Notes: generated by a model not told the origin, from the letters alone. A DNA stretch of 64,000 nt from Elusimicrobia bacterium GWB2_63_16 (GCA_001799715.1 MGTZ01000036.1:54226-118225), one strand, 5' to 3'. Numbered from the stretch's first letter, positions 40,001 to 42,312 are shown. A program made the numbers and translations.

Positions 40001-42312
40001 ACAAGGTGGGGCTGATGATCCGCGACCGTTCGTGGCTCACTGTCAACGTGCCGCACGACATTTCGCCGCAGGTCTACATGAATATCGACAAGGCCCTGCC
40101 GCAGGGCACCTATACCGGCGAGTACCCCGTCGCGTCCAGCCTGGTGCCCATACGGGCCATCACCCTGGCCGTCAGCGGCACCAACATCTCTCCCAGGTCG
40201 GCCCAGAAGGACACCAGGAACGTCCCGATGGTCACGCTGGACCTGGCCACGCTTTCCGACTTCGTGGCCATAGGCCAGGTCAATTTCACGCAGGGCGGCA
40301 CTATCAGCAGCGCCACGGTGGGTCTTGGCGACGGCGACCTGACCAGCGTTTCGCTCTGGAAGGACGACGGCGACGGCGCGTTCAGCCCCATCACGGATTA
40401 CCGTCTGGGCTCGGCCGTGCATTCCTCCACCAACCCCTTCGAGAGCGTCATCTCGGTGCCCATCATGGACGGCAACCTGCCCTACCTGATCGTCTCCACC
40501 TCGAGCATGATCCTGCACCTCTCCTGCGATATCAGCTCCTCCACGGACCTGTCCGGCGCGGACACCCTCGGCCACCTGGCCAGCGTATCGCTGGCGGCGT
40601 TCTCCGACCTGCGCGGCCTCGGCGGCCTGCCGCTGGCCGCCGGCCAGAACTTCTCGGACGTCTATCCGATCGCCTCCAACGAGGTGCTGGTCGCGCCGGC
40701 CATCATCCCGCTGACGCCGGTGTATAAGAACATCATGCTGGCCTCCAACGGCTACCCGGCCTACGCGGTGACCGACTCCAGCGGCAACGTGCTGCTGGGC
40801 GCCGGCAACCTGCCCGTAGCCGACCAGAGCTACTGGATCTATAACTACACCGCCTCCGGCTGCCGCGCGGACGAGCCGCTGATAGACGTCAACGGCGACG
40901 GCCGCCCCGACAACTACGACTTCTACGGCTCCGGCAAGTGCCTGAACGTCACGCTGAACAACTCCGGCCTGCCTTCCTTCGACATCAACGGCGACGGCCT
41001 GCTGGACTTCGAGTCCAACCTGGACTACGTGCCCGACAAGATCGTGGACGACGGCACCGGCAAGCCGCTCTACTTCATCGGCGACTTCGTGAAGAACGCC
41101 AACCTGCTGCTGGCCGTCTCCGACCTGGGCGCCGTGCCCTCGGCCTGGTCGGCCAAGACCACCGAGCTGCCGGCCCTGTGGAACCCCGCTTCCGGCGCCG
41201 TGGATTCCTACGAGGTCTCGCTGGGCGGCAACTTCGAGGATCCGACCGGCATCAAGAATTCCTGGCAGTCGGTGGGCGCGGCGCTGGCCGGCAGCGTGAC
41301 CAACGTTGCCCTGTCGCCGGGGCATATCACCAAGCTGACCAGCCGCATAGAGGTCAACACCTCTTCCTTCACGGTGCAGTCCACCGAAGGCTTCGCCACC
41401 GAGGGCATCATCTACGTCGGCAACGAGATCATGCTGGTCCGGAAGCTCGACGGCGTCACCTTCGCCGTGCAGCAGCGCGGCGTGCAGGGCTCGTTCAAGG
41501 GCCCCCATACGGCCTGGGGCGAGTCGGTTTCCGACCGCGCCTATGTCATCTCGGTGCGCGGCAAGATGGCCGACGGCCGCTATGTGCCCAGCGAGAACGG
41601 CGTGCCGGTACTGATCTACCGCATCGACACCAGCTACCCGAGCGTCCCCGGCGCCCCCGAGCCCCAGGTGGCCAAGGGCGTGGCCTCTGGCCAGGTCTTT
41701 ACCCTCAAGTGGAACGCCGCGGAGGACACCGAGTCCAATATCATGTCCTACGAGGTGCAGGAGCGCGAGGGCACCAGCCCCGTCTGGAAGACCATAGCGG
41801 CCATCCCCGGCTTCAAGACCGGCGGCGCCATAAACAATATCTACTCCGTGGGCGATGTCTCCGTGCCCGGAGAGACCCCGCGCAAGCTCGGCACCTATTA
41901 CACCTACCGGGTGCGCAGCTGGAACTTCGCCGGCATCCACTCCGAGTGGTCCACCATCTCCACCCCGGCCGGCACCACGATAGGCGAGGAGCTGATCAGC
42001 AAGGTGTCCAGCTTCCCGAACCCAGTGGACCTGCGCAAGGGCGGCGTGGAAGGCAGGGTGGACATCACCTATACCCTCAACGACAACGCCGAAGTGACCA
42101 TGACCATCTACGACCTGCTGGGCTACGTGGTCAAGGAATTCCGCTTCACCAGCGGTTCTGACGGCGGCAAGCTGGGCCCTAACCACGTCCTCTGGGACGG
42201 TAAGAACGGCCTGGGCGGCACGGTCTCCAAGGGCGGCTATATAGTGCGCGTGAAGGCCTCCAGCCCCAAGGGCAGCAAGGTCATACTGCGCAAGATAGGC
42301 GTTATACATTAA
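4033..42312 (+). CDS. Giant (12,759 aa) secreted Ig-like repeat surface protein with Fn3 and T9SS type A / FlgD-Ig-like C-terminal domain
   Basis: Uninterrupted 38,280-nt ORF; Sec signal peptide; T/S/G/W/Y-rich beta-sandwich repeats; terminal FPNP...IYDLLG...WDGKN..G..V..G.Y...KIGVIH. Confidence 0.95.
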   Translation: MNGHWTKKGAAGLRGLAALLLFGLLPVLLPVQSGAAADIELGAGDTAVGNQRKVIFVPGWGYWAFYTDEAAEPVWSFSASGSGGTWSAAANVFAGSGAVDYSGQPSVWFNTVSSYVFVAAGPSSSGELSTADQKLHLRKGQLGSDGSITWLSYNNPDYDEGTFSTTSDEDMVNQAGISPATTITQNRNNYTWAATIGGEGTAGGNDDFTTLIGMSNSINNIDIANSHREVGGLEDDRIEAISLVLPHGGANDQVWVFAPSGNGTDVLLYRVNETYTVSSVGTVFANLLTGMDDSKNVSAVVDSSGRMHIIGTTPGTGEVRYNSCSSANALSGEAALTAGYTAMQASVGIAYYPATSQAKLIVVFESLGNLYFMDSALFTPGNTPGSWNAPVLFRSGAAKPSLAYEVSTPYPMPLIYTDSLGKVIFTRIPISANPDPTVSSISPVTVGIGAGIEDASADATYDIAINGSGFLNNPAPGITFERDGVPVDGVTVTSVTYVTAASLSLHFTVAQSVSAGPMDLRVANYDAREAFKTGIATVTVPSSDLNYPVEPIAYSSGIASISGVASFAPSAGQSALAPQIRVTRNSDGYQWNGSDGYINPAVYGQQWFPVSSGVTSWTHTGWYNNDSGQPTGQTFTIESRGRTSDRGYGNPSSAVVLTIDKTVAAGNFTFPAPNASYSAIPYIQGNAADTASGLKYVQMQLRDSADNIFDANDQYWTGFDGTGFDSAATWYYMVRIVPQPNTITNFTCGIECTNKDLTSIVKNVPDLPADPKLPAWTDGRKYRITQRQYDMFDQGSLSNSRDFYYDVTKPTVTLTVPEQLMSEEPIVLESPSNIWRNNMALMTGAITDNVVDPVIGKRRLKYCVYKQGGDSKFGTACSDPAPVFASVEYGPAVETYNYSVDISTDWADGTWYHLAVYSEDAAGNSTGTATAPAIAGYFLYDGGAPTNRISYPVNGGNYGTASLDRLLGTANDPISRVGSVEYTLSHPPLAKWSKPLKDWVDQTGSIWNVADTTTTVPFEVWQSSETQENNKWRSGEEYTFIVKARDKALNYSAVYSTVTFRYDATAPDTVVLNPIESATYADTALTNIAGTAKDMPDTTRQTGLNMTCIGVQRQSDLKWWNGTINGWEAARNDSCQSPAADWSHQSMGGFWTGVPTAEEFKVYAWSKDNVDLPDESYRNLGSSTTLKKSFKYEVQPPTSTILSPANDAWYSNMPGYQLTAVVGTAVDLPLAGLASGGTISGMQVEVRDEVLLTCWNGTDFTGTCGSAATWKDMALVEGSTYSYNTSTLFAAAVEGRPYRTRVRSMDNALDKDNAAKPNVEALFTQGRNQNTFRPDRTPPAALIQAPSIKDVYVFDTVSGTAQDSYTAIKKVHVAYFGLTERKWWNPATAGTFDQGDDVNPPPDSVFVEASTNTATPVQWSVSGTKVPVLINGRSYLVFARAMDALENKTAFPGYTGFTEAPTLSALIKINKITPLPDTTITTPPPGIPYYRPTDLSVINGTLSAANTVQVMITNLSVTPNQVWTPGGWISTVTYLAGCTDESYVVGASSCGYFGVDNVGPTDWSKNIAGIWPAGTNRFSLKSRGAADESLETTPFAERFFYVDGDDPDTTLLEPSAEFERSLPSIFGTASDTGEGKVSKVEVSISTTAGTYYWDGDSWESGEIWLTALADDAAFDSGSEAWHLDASLPVFENSMTYEVQVKVTDKAGRTKFYPTPYRQFTIDTASPTARVLYPTGATGVNSIPALSGTAYDNGRNESVQVAVQQWGSPQLWYDGDGFDLLQDNPHWMPVSAANGFLSPDATSWIYAPADMDTDFSGGLRYLLLFRSTDVAGNLQETLAVNISSRVIYVDRAPPASSVSLPLDYGNGVSGRYKSANIGKSVTSSRFYGSASDTFYSANNAGVELTQIKLSYLAAGDTWYWLGASFSSGAVAESSAWLNTSGAGSWIYVNDVIWPAGDREYKLEARSMDATRPAGGGGAGNWETLFSVGADIMRFIVDDTPPEVAITTPTELSLTSNTDIYGTANADISGFSKAQVRISTGTGAAIKFWNAGSSSWVTEPETWNDSIKLGPTSWYYTISPALLVEKTTYTVNARALDYAGNYSVVYSTRDFLNQRPVSRVLVPALPAYRTLPQLSGEAEDNTGIAAVAFTIFNYDQNKCYDPSLAPDPWKTAGCLSDNDAAWVTPPTEFWASSASWTYAIADSTWTSGAHYRVRTRSRDKAGNWDVTYSTKEFQFDTEIPVSGVTYPADGAHLPFSAKPITITGNSFDGFSGVNEVKLHFRRSNGDYWNGIDWQPGAAPLDAIAPYANWNRPIGDAAAAYVDGERYTIETWAGDLAGNTESLALKSTFVYDITRPTNAVSYPYNNGYISQTGRVTGDSYDKPYGVTADVKVRVKQLTGPKAGHYWRVADSSWTVENAPAVWNGVATYGTLSPAATWWQLNTSPWQTGETYEINSYAVDKAGNTELVYSTATNIKADFTAPSSTVTLPGEGLTYGEVPLPQVSGTAFDEAPGELNNVFLQFGYTPTGEAGAITWTFDGTAWQNNDSTWLPVSSVTLAGGDWNYAVPDSIWNWNNSWYAVRAYSRDKANNTESVVWRKNFKYSAPYPNTWINVPANNNYTNAKPQTVSGGATKFTYSNPAGIRLSVERKSDGYYWYGSSFSAPGYIQAAPRVYFNASDVSVLGDSSLYWEWTANISTEAWTDNTSYYFLSKGFGTAGEEQPGDLAGNLVIYDITLPNSVVSAPGPNIYQVLPQISGGASDAVPGLLEKNDITIQNLAYPATYWNPVLTAWQEGIVWATTTLTGGAWSLGTGLPVWADGASYRVTARATDRATNAQTGSAVDFLVDRTTPTARITDFTAVNSTVAAASGQVRSSLDSIIGTAWDVAGPGGGAGKLDKVLVHIKRPAQGLDLLRYWRWNSVPPAWDASEGEENDIYWGTSTIHVPGVTVSSWTHPVMPPPAAFTHGYSYILRAKARDTSLPAGNTQQIFTLGESSFTFVWDSQAPAAAVTGFEDSDGNGRVNPAGALVITGSASDVPAGVSGVGNIKLQIGRLEGATTWYWTGLAWSETPSEFGPDAFTPPNWDYTLAAANIVSDQKYMLKVRGIDNANPPNSGSFGASSDVIIDTTPPSVLITTPAASVVAQRAAFTVYGTANADLAGQDQTYVRISTGAGINLKYWTGSVWTGDVNDPAIWIQSVKQGPTSWYYAIPPAILSSDRGYVVSARTLDYAGNYSALYSTYAFTYDSVPPYAAVSFPVDAETYSRVKLSTPIAGSSNQNDQVEAYSQVTAVLVQISSGTLCFDGAVFGACPNWLPTSGSPAAWSYNDADLDFTGNMQYVVKAKALDYAGNESVQAQATIKFDVNRPTSTLTYPLTGFTTGFSYIAGTAADAADTYKADLGTYSVRVAFKRVSGPGTDYGWWNGTDFSALNTDPTWFEAALNTSDGKFTYALPALLKTYLENPVKQNSVYRIVPWSYDLALNPEYGPAPGLPQSAHIPAGVGLVVNFDNEKPVSVITLPSQPAYNSLPVIGGTSKDNIAIAETRITVYLVDTDRYYDPSLPGAWSPTGQNENLAPWLPVQETIHTDSSTWTYDIQNSSWSSGFTYRIRAKSRDTAGNWDNVYSTASFVYDTQAPVSSVTFPSNGLHVNYFPGSLTGTAVDTGASGVNQVSVYFQRQTDGWYWNGAGWELNPTAFNATPPWNGWTRAISNTMFTDNDGELFHVWTNARDAATNSEGYVRRASFVYDVTRPTAAIFYPYDNGYISQTGKVTGGSYDRPAGIVSDLKVRILQTGGPNAGKYWSVAGSSWAVGAIENSVLAYGALSPAATWWQLNTAPWQSGETYEVNAWAVDKAGNYQLAYATAAAVKADFTSPVSTITYPQHGVDVTVELTAIQGSASDSAPGTLDKVQLSYFKCNSDTCVDGFYWNRAAMAWNSASELFYDAAITGDTWQATGASTPTWVYHTDGLHYKVFAKAVDQAANEVAKPGAAQSASPLIQFKLFPPPPVSRVNTPPAGVPHYRLDNIPAIAGTAVYATTVALRITDYGPDLKEMEGNDNLAWNGAAWVSTNAFTGYAGVDTFPMPGWTMTLPSWNGNRRYRIVSKATQEGYGLPEVPSSEREMIIDAAAPTAGVTVPDKVYLRALATLSGTVADTAPGSVISAYFRVKRQTAEEYWNWQASTFTADAGQYTRLTAALNWNDELKTGLVSYTTDYFASGAAFEPGHTYLAELTASDKAGNSGSAAAFQFTIDVASPTARVLVPTDPNSSGVRQMLSISGTATDDFANSDVYIAVQQLASPPYWYDGNTFSGGGASPLWIALKGNTSAYLSSNATYWAYAPAGLDNRFTAGTSGLSYLVLAKARDVGTNEQETFAVGISSLVIKIDKAPPSSLFTLPADDLDGVSGRYNSANIGQSATNTRLYGAATDSFYSVNNAGVAYGLMRLSYLAGATTWYWDPPAFTTAVSSEAAWQPVSVSYVGPGWSWAYLQDVAWPAGDREYKAEVKSMDDALPAAGSGDGNWEDPQTRGANVRYFVIDDTPPSVLITTPTAYAVRHLPGVGGTAAADISGFSRAELRISTGTGGAERWWNDDTGEWQATAKWITATTRLGDTSWYYTIPPAMLRDDAAYTVVARALDYAGNYSSAYSTYTVTYDITGPLVSLSHPLNAVTYSSVLKSTPMAGTGSNNQTAAYTGPSTAAVAITDLDALQCFDGASFTGCAASLWLPAQGTADNWSFNDAELVFVSDHRYKYEARTSDPAGNNSAVVSVTTRFDLDRPTSTVLAPAAEFVNALTSVSGDANDERFGPRVYEAGLGTYTVKVAVRLVGGDWWSGSAFDQPAPAWFETSVDTSPYSIGKSTVAWAYVLPAGLQTAIVTNRRQDYRFVTYAYDLALNKEFGPLSGEPLGADIPAEAGRIVQFDNEVPVAVATFPVNTFAYYSAPYVYGVVTDTGTIEGVKVLVKARGNYNAVWKGTFANEIGDWDTSPVTKYDLWHDAVYANGAWRIQLPSLSPVNNSKISVWARGYDRAGNWQALPTNVQIDNNLKADGTAAYYFTFDNTTPLTDVTAPDNYAVAAATGMLRGTAYDPVTGGEPSGVNTVKIRMSRSDGLYWDYFGGAWGAASGYHDVETLVAGDWTKSLPVSSQGDGYQYYINQYAVDRALNNQSGAYVSTFTFLVDLSTPASKITFPAHNSFIGAVPAITGTADDSVENLKGWVFPQNYEVGISTYNTAVELAMQRLTDGLWWDGANFTQASRQWKTAAFTGASSGTWTYSLPAGAIADGTTYYAMSRVRDILSHLETQYTTTYFTGDTTPPVSKAAFPSGEIGGVPSISGTAFDAPPGELLTSGVVCVSMKQVTGPGSPRCFDGGPTPTGCPGTPGLGSNDFVACPGGVYPNNRIWFATATLAVNADPSQVSTWTWNTSGISWTNESQYNVIALAKDKGGNQRPAGALETADTSFLLKTPQADASIDTPMGPDDRNYRASDMLNIVGSGSNLRAVDSVQIRLQRLMHPTSWWYEPTLSWVDHDTYTWYSSADGSWVQAIDGPSAFTVDNASYTVTVTAYNSSNEPDPSPAVRRTVIDNTKPVGFVQVPNRAYVNAMPAISGTATDPGNITLYPLQKDSGGNVYIRIKDLENGYYWTGSSFSVNASNIETEYVPATVVAWSTATAVNAALQDGRRYRVLLLPKDKAGNIESNESIMAAYQVLFDTSPPAASFAYPGDRQVLRNLASITGTAYDPIGVYSPNYKSDLRVVELQIYDEQADKRWENGSGGFGISASSFNVVSGTDTWSYTHANLETALASGKYYVVQVRAADFADNTQPGFTNVVSSRAFIWDRTPPTSAIAQPINLGKYKPAGLTGSSAFNGSAADAALPFVGMLLSTTQVHLSYLEGATTYYWTGSAFSSWTVTFDGAWQTAVGSDTWRYPFDGANWVSDRNYTLRVRAFDKAEPMGVNGGNEQNPWTVHSFIVDGTPPVSRVSTPTAGSYIQNSLAQISGTSYGGVSGLAAAPAGLRVRISHVWAGDTYYWNGTAALGWSSGTVVDLPVAYTASASTINWSYPPATYDPPSVSTDNHVYSIAVAGLDNAGNQETYASVSVTSDFSYPTISISTPMAAVNAFYGGDRPTGQLLGSYTDAPAGVLLPIRTQISNLSESGAVKPKWDGAAWQVVASTWLAVTDSDPSWSYAPPAWPVNKRFRVELSAADNAGNQTPDGAFVREFIYDVNKPSTTIAYPSSAFQNAAQAGVFSGSALDWLVYPATEAMSGLSPAGIEVQVADPSGNTFNGTGFASGSFWRPALVTPSAEVTDAVLGVNIISAANWAYPSGADLWPPALVQGSTYTVRVRSLDRSLNLESYQQRAFCYDASAPTATITLPGNFAYTALPVISGTFLEEYSNMNPGDGVQVVIQSDSLLEYWNGSGWDAVWNAATHWRNATTVGGGVWSLADAALNAEFESLKASNASLKYRLYLRAKDLAGNQSRPGTSAPANPEVVFTLDPVIPVSQVTSPADGANLSATISSIGGTASDASLGVPSDLAQVKIRLSRLNGSATRGYYDWGLNTWTSAEGVWVFRAVDGALNPWTKSVPSSAFTGANNGDGYRFEVQSEARDNTQPVNGGPNTEVLYATSTFLIDYSTPTASIQQPAHASFLRSLSLLSGLAADPVVGGGIPAGLNTVEYELADTDLVPNKYWNFNTRQWQASYVSSVTAASANWSNAALPYNNPAGADTWAVGRSSATFVLKVKVSDRAGNYSAFSVNQSTFTLDLLPPDSLISSPPAENGFYLEVSSITGTAYDYNAGIAAVQLRVQQDISQAPENTCSDTGNNGYYWNGAGWQNGEFWLSGIPYNSGDNSWNFDASGVVFRAYCYYVLKSSASDNVANGEATWGSRRFRFMPPPAGTRVLVPDNLKYYKSLTQVSGTANADTKRLGLEVRRLTDNWYWNFGNSSWQVGLSSVSITPAGGTWSLGASLPPLVSGSSYTFRSVGISYSDIYELGPVVNLVFFDTEKPSAGVLLPAAAQAYYNSLPRLGGNAQDPPGVTPPAAGVSKVWAELCALNGGDSGKCWDNATSAFTASWNQAGNQAVYYVAVSSWEYTVSYPTAAYVNGVQYSARAKSLDNTYDNSAFAGTESDFSAPSVFSYDVTAPTAVITSVSPGQRRSGVSVASGTLSEEAVLANSAGYQPGMQVQGVKVRLRDNDLNLYWDGSGWGGDPAVWAAAAVHQSSWSMAAMPTWAPSGSYTLWAEATDKAGNVQTGFAGNGSSVTFTTDRTAPLVAVLLPAADGKIASVASVSGTANDPNWTTNSGIAGAANVQVQVSYLSGTVTYYYDNANSFTETAAWWPANTWTPLGPSSGTWVYNPAGLSAAMVPDKVYRFSARAQDNAIPVPNPAALGDNAVSNANVIYDVTKPVSRVTDPLDGAKRRTLALISGTAQDNLAGISTLGQIRVSISQLSPGTDKWDGLYPGSFAPGVEAFRPLSAPSLAASYDGTAWAFNAPTLQDGYVYRVGVQALDDVTPPNTETAVQYVTFTYDTTPPAAAITYPVALPDSRGNLKALAAVSGTAFEQFTIKSASVSVQEADTLFYYDIQTSTFSSAAPKWITATVSGSGPNYTWSVAAPPLTDNKNYNMQVRADDAAGNELVPPSATTIRYDVTPPVSQVLAPVDGDFLNHLAAVTGTAYDQKSNPSGLAGTQIRIQRTNGDYWNGSTWGSEAWLTAVSGAPWIKAAQLPPSDNSAGLQDGVLYTLTARSYDVAGNTQSVILAGNSFRFDVSSPTASVLLPQNGTRYASLPLVSGTASDSFNADFPRLRVYDMPLNKYWMDGTGDCGGIALPGWVDSACPAFPEIWNVALDSSSVAGAFTWRYDSSALPWPNRDSELRVEAKALDRAGNYSVASSTFSFDDVRPASRITYPPADGVFYSSMAAITGTSYDLTSAINDVRIRIWYLAGSATYYWQPTAPHWSASDTGWWSISGAPGSKDTTNPWSYTNSDFTNPGANNFAWREGTHDGGNGKTFYVVTRAADATTNQEVTLSTRNFVFDNLPPVSAPVQPGVDTAYNNLPLIWGTSVDASTSVASVKISILSEDHAGGAKYFDGSAFAVAGETWLPIVQSNLYPSSWTYTNGLLAFSTGQHYVIKSSATDFIGNVQNILGASRFLFDQTEPQSSVLVPANSVVREDDATLVGGYSDPGFTSGIDGNGSGVYPSLPWHRGEVEIAVFRDTAPYMSGSGPLIYGAGTGWDDSGYFWNGSTWSAVSGGPLWVGAQFDPPNWQYAGLVCDDDAERAAHTCWRRGDAYVSWVRVTDNAGVTQTSLVQGPKFYIAAPAKSFLVSVAPADNPMDAGEIVNVTVEAKDANGGAGETARAYIGTVTFHMDLPADGPEVMGSDDANAIDEAHGLPVQYKFETGDYGLRTFQMRLRKSGNRVMSVVDLYTPSINGTLAAMVNTIPAENVQVIADYDPAGELPAPGTQSGKTGAPRGKLAGASVPFLVQVTDKYWNLVPSSSVVLNVSDTDNNNSAVSPDGPLSFTSSVTVNRIFVSADDVGWNLDVSGAVSSKVRITPNTAKGLLALMPGETRNQGKYTVEPKGKDGQVADQLAGSTFTVRVYAVDAYYNTDVSTSFPVTVDIVTDRYEINPATGTLLTGATEFVFSPVVAGTHTVKAQKAAPQYLAGGTSYYITPNTFRAWWNRPANLHLLAPGQYLEPGLPPYTSDPSGGGKTGSPTGLEAGATVQMRVYLTDNYYNVVSGTTPFMAVSSNTPQVQIDFLNDPNIQLRGVPPYPTGYRRSLIAGATTFSVVPVTRNQAPGLSVRVTDTGLTGTFFSTDTVTGIVVDPAPARHLLLLVPTETPAEGEIGGESGTAGPLTAGTTYTLTVRSVDDFGNLANDGREVRIYSNDIYAVHPPPQSLANGIAIIAGFVPSAATSNLVIDAVDNGNTEPKLSTSTDSGIIVTPGAASRLIVLLPTQSLVPGKVVAPYGVEGAISTQTAGVYFDAQIYAADSRYNRVTDSALDKTMVVTTNDPFAASLGTYSMIDGSATVNNIALRTAGARVITAADQSGALGSTPSGGFLLVPNTPTKLRAMIEGEDREPGSTGDGRSGSPEGQQAGFPFTVTVDITDSFWNLTPGASQEIRLISDDPAATIVPASQIITGSATFTVTPIRAGSTVLRAEAVSPGVPGSPLGTAVFDIATTVSVAPGVPKRLLLLLPGESFSQGSATGKSGNAEDTTAGSTDFKVRVGVVDDYFNLVSGRPVDVKVNTPTDAYAPAVSTVAVDTAFGYTDLIYFQMRRAATHYLTASDFGASGLSDDPKSSTFTVHPAAPLGLQIVLPGEIALPGSGAYPNGGKALTASTQTAGTGFSATVNLVDQYMNVYQGLSVGPTVYLVTSDLYDIDPDSAPLNYGTLQVPLNLVTRASAASVKAYPVSGADNLVCSGNPGGLCRNDDAAAKDSFKVYASTAVRLEVVLPGQTLVEGKCAVSPPCKSSALTWPGRSGPPAEHTIGAGALFANVYLTDMFYNRATDAVGAAQNTNPVAVMPEVRLTMPSDSKTTAPAPQTLSNGSSVFSLDPRTSISTYTVLAATTTASAAGYSAGISTLAVNPGPAASMAMTVASTYAVAGVPFSAQLYVLDAYGNVCSTGPNVYLGTATFVVTDQVSLLQDPALAAPTTAYYSYDFGVKTLTNWFTLKKAGPDTVSAHDSLLPAIAVTPPLEMYVLPGLPSVYRVSPTSDLEVPAGTLLSPGLQELTAQLTDAFDNNISSAGLPAQVMMGEVYGSTGTLVYYDGAAWLDVGVSTLVYTDSQGRVGVSTEIAYQVSSKAGDWARVWIGTTTLNPASYATYASARQNISGRLTTTGGTPTKLVYISSQAEALVGIQEMAAVGAAFTVERRDDFDNITKQGETGVYLSIPSEQQTVHTGLGRTLATFGNIGDYGFRDEFDTQFVNAVIIPPNKTSAKFRYHDRTSSYSGTSPAANTYEDGRPGYWQLEARSGTMQPAIHQLRVNPAQVARVAFGNDPRSMTAGKLTDRFGELQVFRAELRDMFDNPSVSTAAVQVLLSTFTRQPSLINDSVHFASASALSGAFPPVFASTVSVVDIPLDGYTATFYYLDTTASSVYASSMTPVRPIIKVEVPEREGWSSSTQSVTVMPDLTYRVNVSSNAGQTLTAGATSQVFLLSVEDHYGNPTPVASGQEDAVGAGITFSLISNSAGQVKFSSPDPGAFAAQPGSAKMQLGEATTSFYLIDTLVSAPTHQLSVNTVQAKGWLPAVSSYTVTPAAPDHVVFHTPPRRLVAGTTVQYANYTIGLTTPTPVTVALKDAYDNNTTTNTQVTVRLSAARNSTYGGIDPSTTTVSSNPSWKLLSTNPLDLDIPAGYSFANFYVWDTIVGTSVVNANSYIAADNITLPQVSQDVYITPSTAAYFSLHHGYTLASPLRVQTPGYVTLRARDQYGNVAAGDPVNGKYYTGKINMVTNSKGSADLRDYITNTTDYTFVPADRGERTLMIYDTMVETLRVNVTDYSLPGVFGHTADSSRGLPQGSSEDLVLSGLVITPRDFAPEDPLPVSKTSIGINKTAIYQGDGVIADIPAPVPMLRLTVQAQPAGSPPAYLKSMQLKSSGTLAYSDIIEIGMYADNPSAGQLGLFDGETVLGGAPVDIFMSSGTWDSGLMGWKFEDLNTKVSTAAIVSDVARNFFFAVRMSTVAATPRSFAIALDNPSFVVLSSTFVGVAYNNFPIVTATSPVRNQPATIMVQGEDIGAWWQAGVDAGQYDYVEQGTERAGFLAIRAWTDNFIGTIKSFKIIKTGTGSGQDLKSVRLFLDDGDGEFGQAIDKEVTDPANPPTFNPADPGTYVLPLYNPGVDGAISISTRTYFVVYEFQPDAVPNMTHGARLENSGISLIDGVVGAFTPVASSTVPLYATADLVYLVDVNRSAPNDFSKPSFVTQNDINKPVARLTMKITDSIGSAVWRGLKLDRWVTAAENGNTEAWNMVTDVKRISLWYDSTGDGLLQTTTTVKDTEVVLLGANTRNFPYDTLKAPLVSTDTVIRVTDIQKFFPSDSPFPMAPGRLIINDAQPDPAQKEVVYYGSVDVLTNSFGNLTRGAEGTAQVEWSSGTVISGQAVLPLIGDGSSLDGQVIFSESRDYFITYDIDPLANVSNFSYLGMAIRSTDYFLIDAPKMMSQSNVGVTAPGKTLSLVGRVNEYADSVIVTASDTFTGDNLQQQAVNQPILDFTMSTDVSDAMWRWMLVYATGTAIKDGTAVPDVSAVKIWYDKDNNGFLGGIDEQVGTGTFGNTIYGPLVARVSLSQEQRIVTAQKAAIDNISRRYFLTYDIRDSAMPNDALGNPRYLGAYLKAESFPQGSPSFDDASKNALSLPNKFLPDDSNLTYVSRVREIISSPSTVTVNTEPVFAFEGGASFPNLRLTQDVVSPGPMDAAWLVTSTAGIPSSGYAMVDNEIVQYAGTAAGALTMVTRGVFSTPVVAHSSGAALGGMVRQGWGNYPFMKMTLLTAGYGVRWRGFRLSRRQPSGLNGYDSDVSMVKVWKDNGNGIFDRDPVTGMNTSDVLVGSGRFGEADPVGKATIYVADPALANQDYVVVSATPTIVFVTMDVDRASRFSHELLTPQNDVLGVEVPFESNFLFGPDNSGHVADFLNPAASAMTAVMPTLNDVTLEPEDISPVAAVQNDKNVGLLALHMKVDKTSALLEAIKLRRLGTAADSDIDLIKVWRDSNDNCILDSVDVASTSAGLYPNLMSYGNEAYSSSTINIALKTPIVITTTPSCAFISYDLSQFAIVGSTTALNLGGIADLTIGIPNTVTMTTWPVNTMPIKIEEIPSDVKLGANDMAAALLQSGGVGQAQVSVPMLRFNLTTEAGNARWSAVKVQRTGASNDPNAPFGKNTDVKFVSIYQDSNQNDTLDVNDINISEARTKLAVPLSSTVTVPFQLVLDSTAGFPVSGRLYVSDAELMTYSGSGLSASGKPYLNVTYRGERLGDFITPLINHPAGARVRKVDLFDQDNALNTQITVSLAQTQTLSPLAQTFFAVYDIGEMAVKANKVGLMIRDRSWLTVNVPHDISPQVYMNIDKALPQGTYTGEYPVASSLVPIRAITLAVSGTNISPRSAQKDTRNVPMVTLDLATLSDFVAIGQVNFTQGGTISSATVGLGDGDLTSVSLWKDDGDGAFSPITDYRLGSAVHSSTNPFESVISVPIMDGNLPYLIVSTSSMILHLSCDISSSTDLSGADTLGHLASVSLAAFSDLRGLGGLPLAAGQNFSDVYPIASNEVLVAPAIIPLTPVYKNIMLASNGYPAYAVTDSSGNVLLGAGNLPVADQSYWIYNYTASGCRADEPLIDVNGDGRPDNYDFYGSGKCLNVTLNNSGLPSFDINGDGLLDFESNLDYVPDKIVDDGTGKPLYFIGDFVKNANLLLAVSDLGAVPSAWSAKTTELPALWNPASGAVDSYEVSLGGNFEDPTGIKNSWQSVGAALAGSVTNVALSPGHITKLTSRIEVNTSSFTVQSTEGFATEGIIYVGNEIMLVRKLDGVTFAVQQRGVQGSFKGPHTAWGESVSDRAYVISVRGKMADGRYVPSENGVPVLIYRIDTSYPSVPGAPEPQVAKGVASGQVFTLKWNAAEDTESNIMSYEVQEREGTSPVWKTIAAIPGFKTGGAINNIYSVGDVSVPGETPRKLGTYYTYRVRSWNFAGIHSEWSTISTPAGTTIGEELISKVSSFPNPVDLRKGGVEGRVDITYTLNDNAEVTMTIYDLLGYVVKEFRFTSGSDGGKLGPNHVLWDGKNGLGGTVSKGGYIVRVKASSPKGSKVILRKIGVIH
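5655..28870 (+). repeat. Tandem array of ~110-150-aa bacterial Ig-like domains (about 60, estimated from spacing)
   Basis: Recurrent consensus D.T.P.S.I..P...I.GTA.D..SG...V.V.I...YW.G..W...W...W.Y...W..G..Y.V...A.D.AGN. Confidence 0.85.
29605..32400 (+). repeat. Second repeat class of the giant protein (L(L/V)PG(E/Q)...G..G.P..Q.AG..F.V...D...N)
   Basis: Eight copies seen: LLALMPGE, LHLLAPGQ, LLLLVPTE, LIVLLPTQ, LRAMIEGE, LLLLLPGE, LQIVLPGE, LEVVLPGQ. Confidence 0.75.
36298..40385 (+). repeat. Third repeat class with DxD/NxDG putative Ca2+-binding loops
   Basis: Seven copies: VRLFLDDGDGEF, ISLWYDSTGDGLL, VKIWYDKDNNGFL, VKVWKDNGNGIF, IKVWRDSNDNCIL, VSIYQDSNQNDTL, VSLWKDDGDGAF. Confidence 0.75.
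41626..41975 (+). other. Fibronectin type III domain of the giant protein
   Basis: P..P...TLKWNAAED.ES.I.SYEV...W...YTYRVRSWNFAG..SEWS. Confidence 0.8.
41995..42312 (+). other. C-terminal sorting-like domain (T9SS type A / FlgD-Ig-like)
   Basis: SSFPNP, ITYTL, VTMTIYDLLGYVVK, WDGKNGLGGTVSKGGYIVRVKA, terminal K-I-G-V-I-H. Confidence 0.8.
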